In this document: one piece after another, positions 41,181 through 55,150 of the stretch
Layout of the letters: every line of letters starts with the position of its first letter
Numbering within the stretch: the first letter of the stretch is position 1
Assembly (NCBI GenBank): GCA_044892525.1
Contig: CM097885.1
Span: 44,518,001-44,582,000, forward strand
DNA from: Schmidtea polychroa
Taxonomy: Eukaryota
Reading direction: 5' to 3'
Length of the DNA: 64,000 nucleotides
Translations under genes and position numbers: made by a program
Notes under the pieces: model-generated
What the model was told of the DNA's origin: nothing
The model's input: only the letters and a program-made list of their open reading frames with translations
Database searches by the model: none

Positions 41181-43052
41181 TACACCAACCGGCGTTTGAT
41201 TATCATCAAATGGCCATTGATTTGCATATTTAATAATATACACCAACCGGCATTTGATTATCATCAAATGGCCATTGATTTGCATATTTAATAATATAAA
41301 TATTAACTTACCTATAATAAATGTGTGTGTGTCATAGCCAGAAGGGCCAATGAATTAGCTTGGTGACATTCAATTAGCTCTTACACTATACACCAAACAC
41401 CACTGAGATGCATTTCCTATAATATAACAAAAAAATCAATAATCTTACATTATAGAAACATACATACTTACTTTGATTTCACGTTGATGTTCTCATTTAT
41501 AGCTCAATGAGATACATCTTATATTATAGAAATCTGAAAAGTGGAAGGAAAATTAAAAAATGCACACAAGCACAACACATAATAAAAAATACATGCAAAC
41601 TTTTGATTCGTAAAATTGTAACGATGAGATACGTTTCTATAATAATTCTATTTTAGACAATTTTTAGAAAAAAAAGATCGTTGAAAATTTTTTAATTTAT
41701 ATTTTTAATGAAAATATCAAGAGCAGATGAATTTGGTTCAAAATCTTTTTACTCCAGATTTGATTTCCTTTAAGAATCCCCTCATATTGAGCTCAGAAAA
41801 AAAATTACAAAAATTAAAAAAATTATTCTAATCAGCGATTTTTCTCAAAATGTTTTAAAAAAATACATTGATTGATTTATTTATTTAATTAATTATAATT
41901 AAAAATATATTGGACTCACATTTTTTCGAAATAATTCCAAAATACTTTAATAAAAGACATAAAATTCCTAAAAAGCCTGAAAATTAATTAAAAATAATTT
42001 ATAATTATATTGTTGATTAAAAGTAATATTTAAGAACTTGAATAATGATCTCAAATCTATATGGATCAAAATTCAAGACTTAAACTTTACTTAAAATTAC
42101 CTTACCTGAAAGCCATTTCTAAAATGGCTAAAATAAATTTCCAAAAAACATCAAATTCATATTCAAATTGATGATGATTAATTGGTAAATATAGCCAATC
42201 GGTAAATACAGTGAGTGAATTGCTTTACACGCCAACCACCACTATAGAGAATGTATCTCAGTGGTGTTTGGTGTAGAAAGATAGAAAAAATCGCTGTTGG
42301 AAGAAAAATAAATAAATACATACAAACACGGTTCTATAATAAAAAATACACACTATAGGACATTGATTTATCATGCGGACATTCAATTAGCGAAAAATTT
42401 TCCATTTAAAATTAATTAATTATAAAAAAATATACAAGAATATGTCAGAAACTTCATCAGAATCGTCTATTTCATTTCAAGAAATACATTGATGAATGCT
42501 CTTCAATAGATGGACGAACAAGAGCTTCGGTAGATCACGAGTAGACAATAGAATTTATAACAATATTCCAACAAATCGATGTCTCAATTTTCAAAGATGA
42601 GCTAATCCATTTACAATAATATATCTTCATTGACTATTCAAATAGAAAAATTGCCATATAATCCATTTTTGAACCCCATCGAAAGTGTTGAGCAAAATTA
42701 AAAATGGGGTAAGGACTAAAGTTTCTTCGGTTGATGGATTTTCCAGACAGATTTACCTTCAATGAATGATTTACTGCAATATTCCAAGCAGTTAACGAGG
42801 AACTTCGAAAACCAGATCATAATAATTTCAAAAATCATATTAATAATCATATTAAAGATTCTTCCCTAAATTCTTGATATTTTAATAAAACTATGAAAAA
42901 TTTAATGTATATTATAATAAATAAATAAATATCTTACTTCTTTATTCATTATTTTTAAAAAAATCTTAAAATTAACTAAAATCCAAAACAAAGCTTATTT
43001 GACAAAGCTAAATGAATGTCTCATTTATGATAATTAAATGCGCTTTGGTGTA
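41181..43052. mobile_element. Tc1/IS630-like non-autonomous element with a duplicated left end
   Basis: TIRs tacaccaaccggcatttgattatcat / atgataattaaatgcgctttggtgta; LPYNPFLNPIE remnant near 42650. Confidence 0.75.
41389..42275. mobile_element. Tc1-type MITE nested in the previous element
   Basis: TIRs tacaccaaacaccactgagat / atctcagtggtgtttggtgta. Confidence 0.8.
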
Positions 43053-43897
43053 TGAGCTGCGATAGGGGTTGATTTTTATCTCGACAGACCTCCGCTCATT
43101 AGGTGCATGTCGTATGACAGTGATTGATTTTTTCACAGGCATAGATAATGAATGATATAAACAAAATCCAGACAGTGATCTACTGACTTCAGTTGAAAAC
43201 GTCCATCGGTTTCTTTAAAGACATGCAAGTTAATGTAAATATTGACATTAAACGCTGTCAGGCAAAATCTGCAGTAGAATGATATTACCTCGATTAAGCC
43301 GAAAAATTCGGTTGATGAATCTGAATCAAATGACATAACGACGATCATGCGATAGATAAGGGAAAGTACACAAATTACGAGAAATCGACATTCTGATTTA
43401 CCCTACATTGGATAAATTTTTAATTAAAGATCCAGGATTTTTCTAATTAAATTTGATTTAATTTTGTTTTATGTTTGAACCTTACATAAGAAATTAAATA
43501 AAACATTCTATTGGGCAACTTAAATTTTGATTTCCCTTCAATTATATTTTACAAACATAGTGATCGACGGTGGGAAAATTTTCAAATATACACATTGATC
43601 AAATCTCCAACCGCACAAATTATGGTACCGTGGAAATGTGTCGACGAATGGTGTAAGGGATACGGTAATGTAGAAAAGGGAGAATTGCGCGTGGGAACTA
43701 AATCGAATTTGTTAATAGTTAATTGTGTTGTGGTATGTCGATGAAATCTCTTATAACGAATTCCCTTTTAGAATGAGTGAACCAAGTCGGCCGTCTAAGG
43801 ATCTTCGACCATGTTTTTCCTGCGCAGATAAAAACGCAGATATTAAGAAACTCCAAGAATACAACGGGGCTCTGAAAAAACGAATCGAATAATAAGA

Positions 43898-44530
43898 GTG
43901 TACGTGGTTCCCCCACCACAAATGAAAGAAGAGAGGACAAAAATACTGCGGCTGAAGCACTGCCGAGACAGTCTCCTAGAAGAAAGCCGATGTCAACGGC
44001 TGACAATCAAAGCCCAGTCTGAGGCTCTACACAAAGTGTATTCAGAAGCAGAAATACAGCGAAGGGTCCGGGAATACCCTATAAAAGATGGAACCAACGT
44101 GTTCCCCGTTCATCATCAGGAAGGAGAATTTCAAGCGAAAAATTCTAGTTGTAGCGGACATGGGAGTCACTTTCCACCGCTCATAGACCCAGTTCTATCC
44201 GGGGCGTCCAAGACCAATAGTATATCTTCGATACATGCAGGAATTGGCCATGCGTCGCTACCGATTCCTAATGCGGATCATTCTATCTCATCCACCAAGA
44301 AACGAAAACACCCTTCACGGGCTGAGAAGAATGAAAAGCGACGAGATACTGTCGCCGCTCTTGAGGCATCCTTATTTGCTGCTCAATCTTCTAAAGAGCA
44401 AGTCCCTACGACTACCATAACCATTCCGATAAATGATTTCCGGATCGTTTCTACCGAAACAGCTAAAATTCGAAGCGATGCCCGGCTACAGGTAGATATC
44501 GACGCCCTGTTAGCCGAGGGCGACATGTAG
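43898..44530 (+). CDS. 210-aa ORF of unknown function inside the putative giant LTR
   Basis: Long open frame in GC-richer sequence; basic stretch KKRKHPSR; no motif recognised; begins at a non-ATG codon. Confidence 0.4.
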   Translation: MYVVPPPQMKEERTKILRLKHCRDSLLEESRCQRLTIKAQSEALHKVYSEAEIQRRVREYPIKDGTNVFPVHHQEGEFQAKNSSCSGHGSHFPPLIDPVLSGASKTNSISSIHAGIGHASLPIPNADHSISSTKKRKHPSRAEKNEKRRDTVAALEASLFAAQSSKEQVPTTTITIPINDFRIVSTETAKIRSDARLQVDIDALLAEGDM

Positions 44531-45048
44531 CAACATATTCAATTTTGTTCGTATCCCGGGAGAAAGTGTACAAAGATATCCTATCCGTCGATCTATAAAT
44601 GTAAAAACCTGTTATGATGGTTGTATGTGTTGTATGGTACAAATAAATGTATTGAGAAAGAAATTCTTGCGTTCTATATAGTTTTTCTGAATTTTATGGT
44701 AAGAATTGAGCGAAACGTTTAAATAGTGTAGGTTCTATTTTGAAGAGACGTCCCTTGGACCAGGACGCCGGTTTGAAGAGAAAGAAGCGAGGTAAGTCCT
44801 TCTACGGCACTCTTGAATCCGAACCGCGAGTTCTACCGGGAGTAGTTCTACCATCGGAGCTCACCTGCTGGTAGACTCGGACCTTCGTATACAATACCAA
44901 CGTGTTACATCGTCACGGGTAATTGTCAACTCATGAAGGTTATCTAGATCATTTTTGCCTGAGCATATGGGATGGTGTAGTTCTTCCCTCTAGGTAACCA
45001 ACAGTTGGGTGCTTGATGGATTTGATTAATTATTGGATGAATGTATTG

Positions 45049-45105
45049 GGAGGGTGAGGGGGTGTTGCGGAAAGGGGGTGTTACGGAAGGGGGTTACTAA
45101 CTACC
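45049..45105. mobile_element. Possible Polinton terminal sequence
   Basis: G-rich repeats ending ...ttactaactac (reverse gtagttagtaa, resembling AGTAGT Polinton ends), contiguous with the polB remnant once the insertion is removed. Confidence 0.4.
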
Positions 45106-45142
45106 AAATATAATTAATTTCAAAATTGAGTTTCTTTATAAA

Positions 45143-45771
<629 letters not shown>

Positions 45772-45829
45772 TGAATCAAGTCAAAATGAATTACAAGGCA
45801 GTTTTTATTTTTGTTAAACATTTCTTTAT

Positions 45830-46274
45830 AAGTTTAACCATCTTTTGACCATGATAAGCAAATGACTTCCGCAGTTGCTTTTGATTTATTATCAATAACT
45901 TCAGCTTTCAAATCTCCAACCGAAACTTTATTTATCAATTCCTAAATCTTGATAGACGAGCCAATTACAGCACATAGCCAATATCTCTTTGGTGAGAAGA
46001 TAAGTTCATTGACAATATCACTTCTTTCTAAAGTGTATAAATGTCTTCCTTTAGATAAATCCCATAACATTAAAGTTCCGTCCCATGATCTAGAAAATGC
46101 AAATTGATCATCTCTTGACATAACAACATCACTTTCAAATTCATCCCAAACCATCAGAGATTTATCCCTTGATGGAGAAATATGAGTGTTTGGATAAATT
46201 GGGTTAGTTGCAATCTGTATAATAGATCCATCATGACCAGTAAGTGATCCACTCAAAGTCAATTGTTCCATCAT
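45830..46274 (-). pseudogene. RACK1: Internally deleted, intronless RACK1 copy
   Basis: [84 protein letters not shown]. Confidence 0.88.
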
Positions 46275-46388
46275 TCTTTTCAAATTTCAAATTATAAAAC
46301 TTTCCTGAAAATATTTTTGGTAAAACAAATCACCAGATTTCAAGGACAGTTCGGTTAATTCTCCAAACATTGTCCGCTTCTGTGTGCG

Positions 46389-47316
46389 TACACCGAAATT
46401 TAATAACTTCTATAATCTAAAAAAAAATCAATAAATATATATTATAGGAACACACAAACTTACCTGTGTGTAGAAATTTATTGTTTCGAAATTTAGTAAC
46501 TTTATTATAGGTTTTGTGACGGTGAGAAAAAAATAACTGAACACCAACACAAAACACATAATGAAAAATGCATGCAAAATTCTTATATAGGTTTTTGTTC
46601 CGAAATAAATAACTGTTAACATATTGTTAAAATATAATTATTTTAAAATTATTAAAAAATGGAAGAAAATACTTTTAATTTAGATTTCGACAGCTCTACC
46701 TTGAGCTTTAGAGAAAAAGAAGAAAATACAATGTAAGTTTTATTCATTAAATTACAAAATATTAAAATATTTTATAGTTTATGTGAAGGTAGCATTTCAA
46801 ATATTGAAGGTTCTTCGAGATCTTTTGAATTACAGAAAGAAAAAAGCCATCGAAAATGAGCTGGAGAAAGAAGATTTTAAAAATTTAAAAAACTATTTCA
46901 TTCATGTATGCCGAATTTTTCCTAAATGTCTTAAAAAAATAAATGTGTTTGGTGATTACTTTATTTATTTATAAATATAAAAATATCTAACTTACATTTT
47001 AGCGAAATAATTCCATATTAATGCATAAAATATCATAAATTTCCTAAAAAACACCTGGAATTTAATTATTAATATATTTATAAATGCTGACTAACAGTAA
47101 TATTTAAGAACTTGAATAAAGATTTCATAATTATATAAAATTAAAATTCAAGTCTTAAAATATACTTGAAATTAAAAAAATTACCTGAAAACCATTTTTA
47201 ATAAATTGAATAAATGAAATTTAATAACTTCATTTTCACGTAAATGGTGACTCACCTCAACTGGTGTGCACACCAACGTGAATTATAGAGGTTATTAAAT
47301 TTCGGAATTGGGTGTA
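46389..47316. mobile_element. Tc1/IS630-like non-autonomous element (same family as 6348-7625, internally deleted)
   Basis: Near-identical to 6348-7625 but lacks roughly 6820-7135. Confidence 0.88.
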
Positions 47317-47368
47317 TTAATTTTAATCACAACGCGCACACAGACGCGAAGCCGAAATTGGCTGAAAC

Positions 47369-47420
<52 letters not shown>

Positions 47421-47432
47421 TTAATAATGATG

Positions 47433-47576
<144 letters not shown>

Positions 47577-50500
47577 TTAATAATAATAATAATTGAAAGG
47601 GTAGAATTCACGTTTAAGTTAAAACTTGCTATTGCTAATAAACATTTAAATTGTATATATCAGATTACATAAATTTTTATATAAATATTTAAATTAATAA
47701 ATTAAAGTAAGTTTAAAATATAAAAATAAATTAAAATATATTAAATATTAAAATAAATTAAACCAGCATTGAAATCAGCATCAAAATTAAAATAATAAAA
47801 AGCCTCGAACAGATTGTTTGAATATTACAAAAAAAACGCAGTTTTGTGAATAAAATAAATTTAGTAATTTTATTTGTTTAATTTATTAATTATGGAGATT
47901 GAGAATGAATTCGACGTTGTTGCGGCTAACATGGCGACCATGCCAACAAACCTATTGATTAGCAGGTTGCTACCAGAAAGATTCCACAGAGACGACGACC
48001 TGGAAGAATTCATCAAAGAATGCCAAATTTTTTTAATATTACGAAAACATCTGTCAAGATGCAGATGATTCTGGTTACCAAACTGTTGGATAAACCATTA
48101 TACGATGAATATGAAAAAGCAGAAGGAAATACATTTGAAGAGAAGCTCAGATCAGCATTTTCGAGGCCAAAATCATTATTCGAAGACTTAAAGGAAGCTC
48201 TAAATTATGAACAAGGATCCGATTCAGCAGACCGGTTTATCAAAAAAGTAGAGAAATTTACCAAAAGATTACTGCGACATGAGTGGAACGAAGAAGAAAT
48301 TAAAAAGTGCCTACTCATGAATGGGGCTCGAGAGAAAAAGTTAAAAAGGAAATAGAAATGCAAGAACTAAAGACGTCAGAAGAAATTAAAAGCACAATTA
48401 GAAAAGTTGAGAAAGTGAATAAAGCTATAAACCATGTTAACTCCATCCGACCTATAACATATATGAAACCTGCCAAAACCTACAGAGATGCCGTTCAAAG
48501 ACCCGCACAGACAAAAACGATGCCAATGTCAAAACCATTGGAAGCGACTAAGAACGTCGTATGCTGGACATGCCAAAAAACCAGGTCATTTAAGCCGAGA
48601 ATGTACTATGAAGAGGAGGATTCAGTGTTTTGGATGTGGATTATATGGACACGTACGCCGAGAATGTCCAAACATTCAGTGTAGGAGATGTCATCTACAA
48701 GGTCACAAAGAAACTGAATGCTATACAAACCTAGAAAGATTTAAGACGAAAATGAATCATTACGGAAGAAATAATGCAGTACACCGAAATAAAGGGGGCC
48801 GATTTCAACAGAACAATCAGTATAACAGAAGAGAGGTAGCATCAATTGGAAATTAAGATGCAAACTATCAACTGAATTATTCAAGTGAAGCCGAAGAGAA
48901 ATACGACGAAATGCAATACCCAAACGAGGAAGCTCCATCACAGGAGGCGATGATATGAGCCATTTATTAGGTATTTTTGATTTTGATGAAAATGCTGGTT
49001 ATAATAATGTAAATAATTTTTATAATGTAAATAATTTGAATAATGTAAATAATTTGAATAGTGTAGATAATTTTAATTTTTTTAGTAAAGATTTATGTAA
49101 TAATGTGGATGATAAAACTAATTTTAATGTTTATAAAAGTAGCAGTATAGATCATAGAAATGAAAACAGCAAAATAATGTGTAGCGATGAAAGAACAGGA
49201 GAAAAAGTATATAGTTTCCTAAAAAAGTCATTTGATATGAATGAAGATAAGATTGGGTGAATTAATGAAATTTCCAATAGTATAAAGAACAAAGTGGAAC
49301 AAAATATATTTACGAAAGACGAATGGAAAGGACCTCGTATGACTTATCATAAAATGCAAGGTAGACCAAGTATAACACTTGAAATTCAGGGGCGCGGAAT
49401 CGAGTGTCTGTTAGATACAGGAGCACGAGTTAATGTAATGTCTAAAGCAGTACTGGATAAATTGGACAAAGTCGAGATAATAAAAACAGATGAAATGTTA
49501 AGGTGTGCAAATGACAGTAAATTGGAGACTATAGGAAAAGTTCAAATTGAGGTAAAGATAGAGAAGCTAACAAAAATAGTGACCTTTACCGTCGTACAAA
49601 ACATTGTCCCAGATGTTATTGGGGGTATAGAATTACAGAAACAATTCGGTATTGAATTAAGATGGATTCAAGAAGGTGAAATGATATCTAACGAATGTAT
49701 ATGTGAAATTGATGCTAAATTTGAGTGGAATATTACAAATGAAAAAAGATTCGAACATGCGATAGAGAAGTTGAAAGTAAAAGAAGATAAATTGCTTGTA
49801 GAAATTATCAAGAGAAATAAATGTGTTTTCATGGCTGACAAGTGGGATGTTGGATGCACTGATTTAATTCAACATAAAATTGAAACAAATGGCGGACCAA
49901 TAATGATAAAGCCCAGAAGACAGCCTATAAACTTGGAAGAGAAAATAAACATGGCCATTAAAAATCTGGAGGATAATAATATTATAAGGAAGTGTAATTC
50001 ACCTTGGAATACCCCTTTAGTGTGCGTTTGGAAAAAGGAAAAGAAGGATATCAGACTCTGTTTGGACTTTAGACAACTTAACAAAATTACTGAAAGACAA
50101 GCGTTCCCGATGCCTAACGTTGACGAGATCTTAGATGCTTTGCATGGTACTAGATATTTTAGTTCTATTGACCTTGGAAACGCATACTATCATGTGAAGC
50201 TGGATAGAGATTCACAGGAGAAAACAGCTTTTTCAACGAAAGAAGGACAATTCTGTTTCAACCGAATGCCGTTTGGCATCGCGGCAGCACCAGGAACTTT
50301 TCAAGAGCTCATGACGAATATATTAAAGGATTTATGGAAAGACGGGGTAATGGTTTATCTGGACGATATATTAATTTTTACTAACACAATGGAAGAACAC
50401 TATAAACTGCTGGAAAGAGTATAGCAGAAAATCGTAGAAGCTAAACTAAGAATTAATCCTGAAAAATGTCAAATACTGAAAAGCGAAGTGAAATTCTTAG

Positions 50501-52176
50501 GCCATATTATAAATAGAGACGGCATCCAAACGGATCAGAGAAAAATTGAAGCTATTCAATCATTTCAAAGGCCGAAATGTGTGAAAAATTTAAGGAGTTT
50601 CTTGGGTATTTGCAACTATTATCGAAAATTTATTAAAGAATACGCAAAGAAGGCAAGAGCTTTAGAGAGTATATGTGGTAAAAATAGCGACAAAATATTA
50701 TGGAATGAAAATTGTGAGCAGGCTTTTGAGAATATGAAGTTGGCATTAATAACCGCACCGATTTTGGTATTTCCTGATTTTAAGAAAGAATTCATACTGG
50801 ATACGGATGCAAGTTTCGATACAATCGGCGCAGTCTTATCACAGAAGAATGACATGGGATATGAGCAAGTTATCGCATATGGCTACATGCGATGAATGAC
50901 CACGAAAGAGGCTATTGTATTACAAGAAAGGAACTCCTGGCTATATATTATTTTTGTCGGCATTTCAATCACTATTTATATGGAAAAAGATTTACACTAC
51001 GTACAGATCATAAAGCAATAACATTTATGCTAACCACGAAGAAGCCAATTACAGCTCAATTCCAGACCTGGATAAACTATTTAAGTAGCCTTGATATAAA
51101 AATGGAATTTAGAAAGGGTACACTACATACTAACGCAGACATGTTATCGAGGAAAACGTGTGGCACATGTGTACAATGTCTTATGGAACACGATAATCCT
51201 AAAATGGGAAGAATGAAAACCAGAATGTTAAATATAATGACTGAAGACAAAGGAGAGGAATGGCAAATGAATAGTGATGAAATAGAGGAGATTAAAAATA
51301 AAATAAGAACGCAAACGAGTGGAAGGTTTATAATAGAGGATAATATTATTTATACCAAAGATAAAAGAATATGGATACCAGAGAGCAAAAGAAGAGAAAT
51401 GATTAACAAAACACATCTATTACTGTGCCATGCTGGAGTTTTTTGATATGAGAGATCTAATAAAAGAAGTAAAAACGACAATATCAAATTGCGAATCGTG
51501 CCAAAAAGTTAAAGTTGTAACTACAAAGATGAAAGAGAAACCAAAAGTACTTGAAGCATCCGAACCCTTCGAGAATATATATATGGACATATGTGGCCCA
51601 ATGAAAGAAACATTTAACAGGAAAAGATACATTTGCGCAATAATCGACCATTACAGCAAATACATCTCGTTAACAGCTATAAATAAACAGGATGAAGAGA
51701 CAATTGGGAAGATATTGTTAAACAACTGGATTCTAAAATTTGGGGCACCCAAAGAACTACATGTAGATTGCGGGAAAACATTCGAAGCTAATAGCATAAA
51801 GAATATAAGCAAAAATGCAGTATTCGAGTCCATATCATCATAATACGAATGGTATAATCGAAAGAAAATTCCGGACAATAAGAGATTTTATTAATGCATC
51901 GCTGAAAGACGGAAATACAAAAGACTGGGCAGACCTTATCCCAGATATAGAATATACAATCAACGCAACCATTCAAAAAACAACGGGAGTAAGCCCAGCT
52001 GAAATTATTTTTGGTAGGAAAATTGATAGATCAAAATGGTATAATGATAGTAGAATCAACAGGAACGATATCGCATTGAAAATTGAAAGTAAAAGACAAA
52101 ATGAGGAAACAACAACTGCAAGGAGGTTGGATATTGGAGACAAAGTGTTAATCAAACGAGAAATACGAAACAAGGA

Positions 52177-52959
52177 TCAAGATAGATGAATAAGTCCAAA
52201 CGAACGAATAACAATTTTATTGTTCGCCTCTACAGGGCCACGTCGATCAGTTTTGAATAATAACATTTTGTCCAGTTCAAGATTATAAGATAATGCCATC
52301 ATTGAACATCCTAATGGTCGCCTCTCAGCCGATTGGGAATAGAATTGATTAATATCCGCCATAGACAAACATATTGTATCACAAGTCATTTTATCGTCAT
52401 ATGCCATTTTATCCAGTAGCAGTTTCCGTCGAAGCACACGCGCGATTTCAAACTTCGACTTACCCAAATGTTTTAATTCGGACAACTGAGAAAATCTGTT
52501 GGATAATTCTTCAATTAAATAATTTCTGATTTCCGTTTTGCAAACAAATCGATTTGAAAGATCCGACATAGCCTGATTCAATATTATTTCCTCACGAATA
52601 CATAATACAATATCGTTGTTTTTATTGACGAACTTATCTGTAAATTTAGAAGACTCGATCCCATGCATAATCATGAAAAATGATGGCAACAACTGTGAAA
52701 GTTCCGTGACAATCGATACAATTAATTTATCGGGAATTTTTCCCTTCGCATATCTATCGATTTCATTAAGCCAATTTTTAACATTGTTAAACGAATCTTG
52801 ATCAGTAACATCAACCACAACAATAATTCCATGAGCTCCTCTATGATTACATTCTTGACAACCAAAACATTCCAAATGATACACAAAACTTCCCGCTCGC
52901 ATTACCAATTCAAATGATTCAATTTTAAACCAATTTAAAATGTCTTCCACAATATTCAT
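52177..52959 (-). CDS. 260-aa chimeric ORF of LMO LIM, Rab1, proteasome alpha-6-like and unidentified fragments
   Basis: [80 protein letters not shown]. Confidence 0.8.
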   Translation of the reverse strand: MNIVEDILNWFKIESFELVMRAGSFVYHLECFGCQECNHRGAHGIIVVVDVTDQDSFNNVKNWLNEIDRYAKGKIPDKLIVSIVTELSQLLPSFFMIMHGIESSKFTDKFVNKNNDIVLCIREEIILNQAMSDLSNRFVCKTEIRNYLIEELSNRFSQLSELKHLGKSKFEIARVLRRKLLLDKMAYDDKMTCDTICLSMADINQFYSQSAERRPLGCSMMALSYNLELDKMLLFKTDRRGPVEANNKIVIRSFGLIHLS

Positions 52960-53158
52960 TTAAAACAACCAAATTAAATTCAGTTTCAAATCAATAATTT
53001 CTAAAACTACTAAATCAAATAAAAATTAACAATTAAACCTACTTACAAACAACCGAGCTTCCATTGCTCGCGTCTGTGTGCGCACACCAACAATATTCGG
53101 TCTAACCAGACCGCGCACACAGACGCGATAGAAAAACTATGCCAAATCGGCTGAAACA
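52187..53158 (-). mobile_element. TG...CA gene-fragment cassette, copy 2, inserted in the gypsy integrase
   Basis: 5-bp TSD ataga; removing it restores integrase KDQDRYEGPY; perfect 16-bp inverted repeat 53068-53083/53113-53128. Confidence 0.85.
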
Positions 53159-53621
53159 ATAGATATGAAGGACCATACACGGTAACAAAACGAATACACG
53201 ATCGCAGTTATATGCTGAGAGATAAAAGTGGGAAGTCTTTAATCAGGAATATTGAAAAGATTAAAGAATTTAAAGAAAGGGGATGAAAGGGTAGAATTCA
53301 CGTTTAAGTTAAAACTTGATATTGCTAATAAACATTTAAATTGTATATATCAGATTACATAAATTTTTATATAAATATTTAAATTAATAAATTAAAGTAA
53401 GTTTAAAATATAAAAATAAATTAAATTATATTAAATATTAAAATAAATTAAACCAGCATTGAAATCAGCATCAAAATTAAAAAAATAAAAAAGCCTCGAA
53501 CAGATTGTTTGAATATTACAAAAAAAACGCAGTTTTGTGAATAAAATAAATTTAGTAATTTTATTTGATTAATTTATTAATTATGGAGATTGAGAATGAA
53601 TTCGACGTTGTTGCGGCTAAC

Positions 53622-53691
<70 letters not shown>

Positions 53692-54649
53692 TTAATAATA
53701 ATGATAATAATGATAATGATAATAATAATAATCATTTTAGAACTTATTCTATGAAATGGGTAAAATTTGAATTTAACGAAATGATAAAGACTGAAAATAA
53801 TGTAATGTAAAGAAATTTTACACTGTTTCAATTAGCCGTCTAATTAAGTATTAGCCTAATTATTTAATAGTATTACTTAGTAAAAACCGTTCATGTCATA
53901 ACATACTATATTATATTTCATTTATGTAGTTTTTCACTTGAATAATTTTGATTATATTTTGCCAAGCATATTCCCTCAAAAATTATTTTGTTATTAAACG
54001 AAAACAATAAGATTTGTAAGGAGTTAGTAAACCCTTATATAAAATTATTATGGTTAAATGGTAGAAGTGAGATCAGTTAGTAGAAATAATTATTTCTGTT
54101 AAATTTTTATATTTAAATTCTATATTAAATTATATCATATTATATTAAATTATATTAAATTAAATCTATTAAATGTATGACCGGTAATTACATTAATATT
54201 AATAATTATCACGCATCGGTGTTTAAATACGCTAGTAAACGACACAAGTTTGAAGTTGTTATAAAAAATAAATGCTTAAAGAAGATTTGAATTTAATTGC
54301 GTCTAACAAGATTTATGATCAATTAAAAATTAAAATTAGTACCATTAGTAAAATTAATAATATAACATTAATATAATTAATAAGATAGTATAGAAAAGTG
54401 TGATATTTGACAAACTACTTTATTACTACTTCCAAAATAACAGCAACCGATAAATATTCCACTCCATACAGATAACTTAATAATTTTTTAATTGTGTAAT
54501 TATTTTATTTTAGTTTTAATAATTAATTATTTAATTTAATTATTAATTCTATTTTTTCCTTATTTATAAATACTTTGAATTATATTAATTAATTTCTTTA
54601 TTTAGTTACATTTTCTTAATTATTCATTTTTATTTATTTATTTCCCTTT

Positions 54650-55150
54650 AGATTATTATTAATATTAATGATATTAACGTTAACTTATTTCCATATACTC
54701 TTCCATGTTCAAATCTTAGTTAACGTTTGACTGCCATTCTTTATATATATATTCTATACTCTTCTTATGCCGAACTAAATCCTAATGTCCTTTGAATTGT
54801 TGAATTAAAAATAAATTCCACTCCTGGCAATAACACTTCTTATTTTTAAAAATTTTATCTTTTAAGGAATGGCATCTGGTATTGTTCTCAATTGTCTTTC
54901 AAACATTCCATTGGCTGAAAATGGATATATACTTAAATACACTATTTGAATTCGATAAATCTTCATTAAATCTTTCATTCAGAGGTTCACAAATGGCAAA
55001 TAAAATAGTCTCAAATAAATTTGAGTTTTTGTAATTAACAAAGGTTTTCTTCATACATATGGTCAATATCTTTCGTCTATGACACTCCTATTTATTTTCT
55101 TATTTTCAAAATCAAATGTCTGTGAAATATAGTCCTTTGTCATAAGTTGT
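54650..55150 (-). pseudogene. Old gypsy integrase fragment
   Basis: SIYPFSANGMFERQLRTI and LPGVEFIFNSTIQRTLGFS on the minus strand. Confidence 0.6.

Larger units (their letters stand above)
39625..45003. mobile_element. Large TGTTGG...CCAACA insertion, probable giant solo LTR (~3.5 kb excluding nested Tc1)
   Basis: 4-bp TSD gttg on both sides; removing it restores the polB motif SQPLPCGEFSWV; termini resemble those of 60361-62255. Confidence 0.75.
45772..47369 (-). mobile_element. TG...CA gene-fragment cassette, copy 1 (RACK1 cargo), interrupted by a Tc1 element
   Basis: 5-bp TSD ataat; ends tgaatcaagtcaaa and gcgcacacagacgcga..ggctgaaaca shared with 52187-53158. Confidence 0.75.
47594..53622 (+). 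mobile_element. Full-length Ty3/gypsy LTR retrotransposon with stops and frameshifts
   Basis: Near-identical LTRs 47594-47931 and 53284-53622 (TG..CA); TSD ataat; PBS tggcgacca at 47932; PPT aaagaaaggggga; three CCHC knuckles, LLDTGA, YLDD, DTDAS, integrase, GPY. Confidence 0.96.

Noticed and set aside
45942..46283. Functional RACK1 gene
   Set aside because: Several WD repeats are missing, there are in-frame stops, and it is embedded in a TSD-flanked insert.
52187..53158. Helitron or Pack-MULE interpretation of the cassettes
   Set aside because: Helitrons make no TSD and end CTRR; Pack-MULEs have long TIRs and 8-11 bp TSDs. Here the ends are TG..CA with a 5-bp TSD. A 6-bp atagat reading fits copy 2 but not copy 1.
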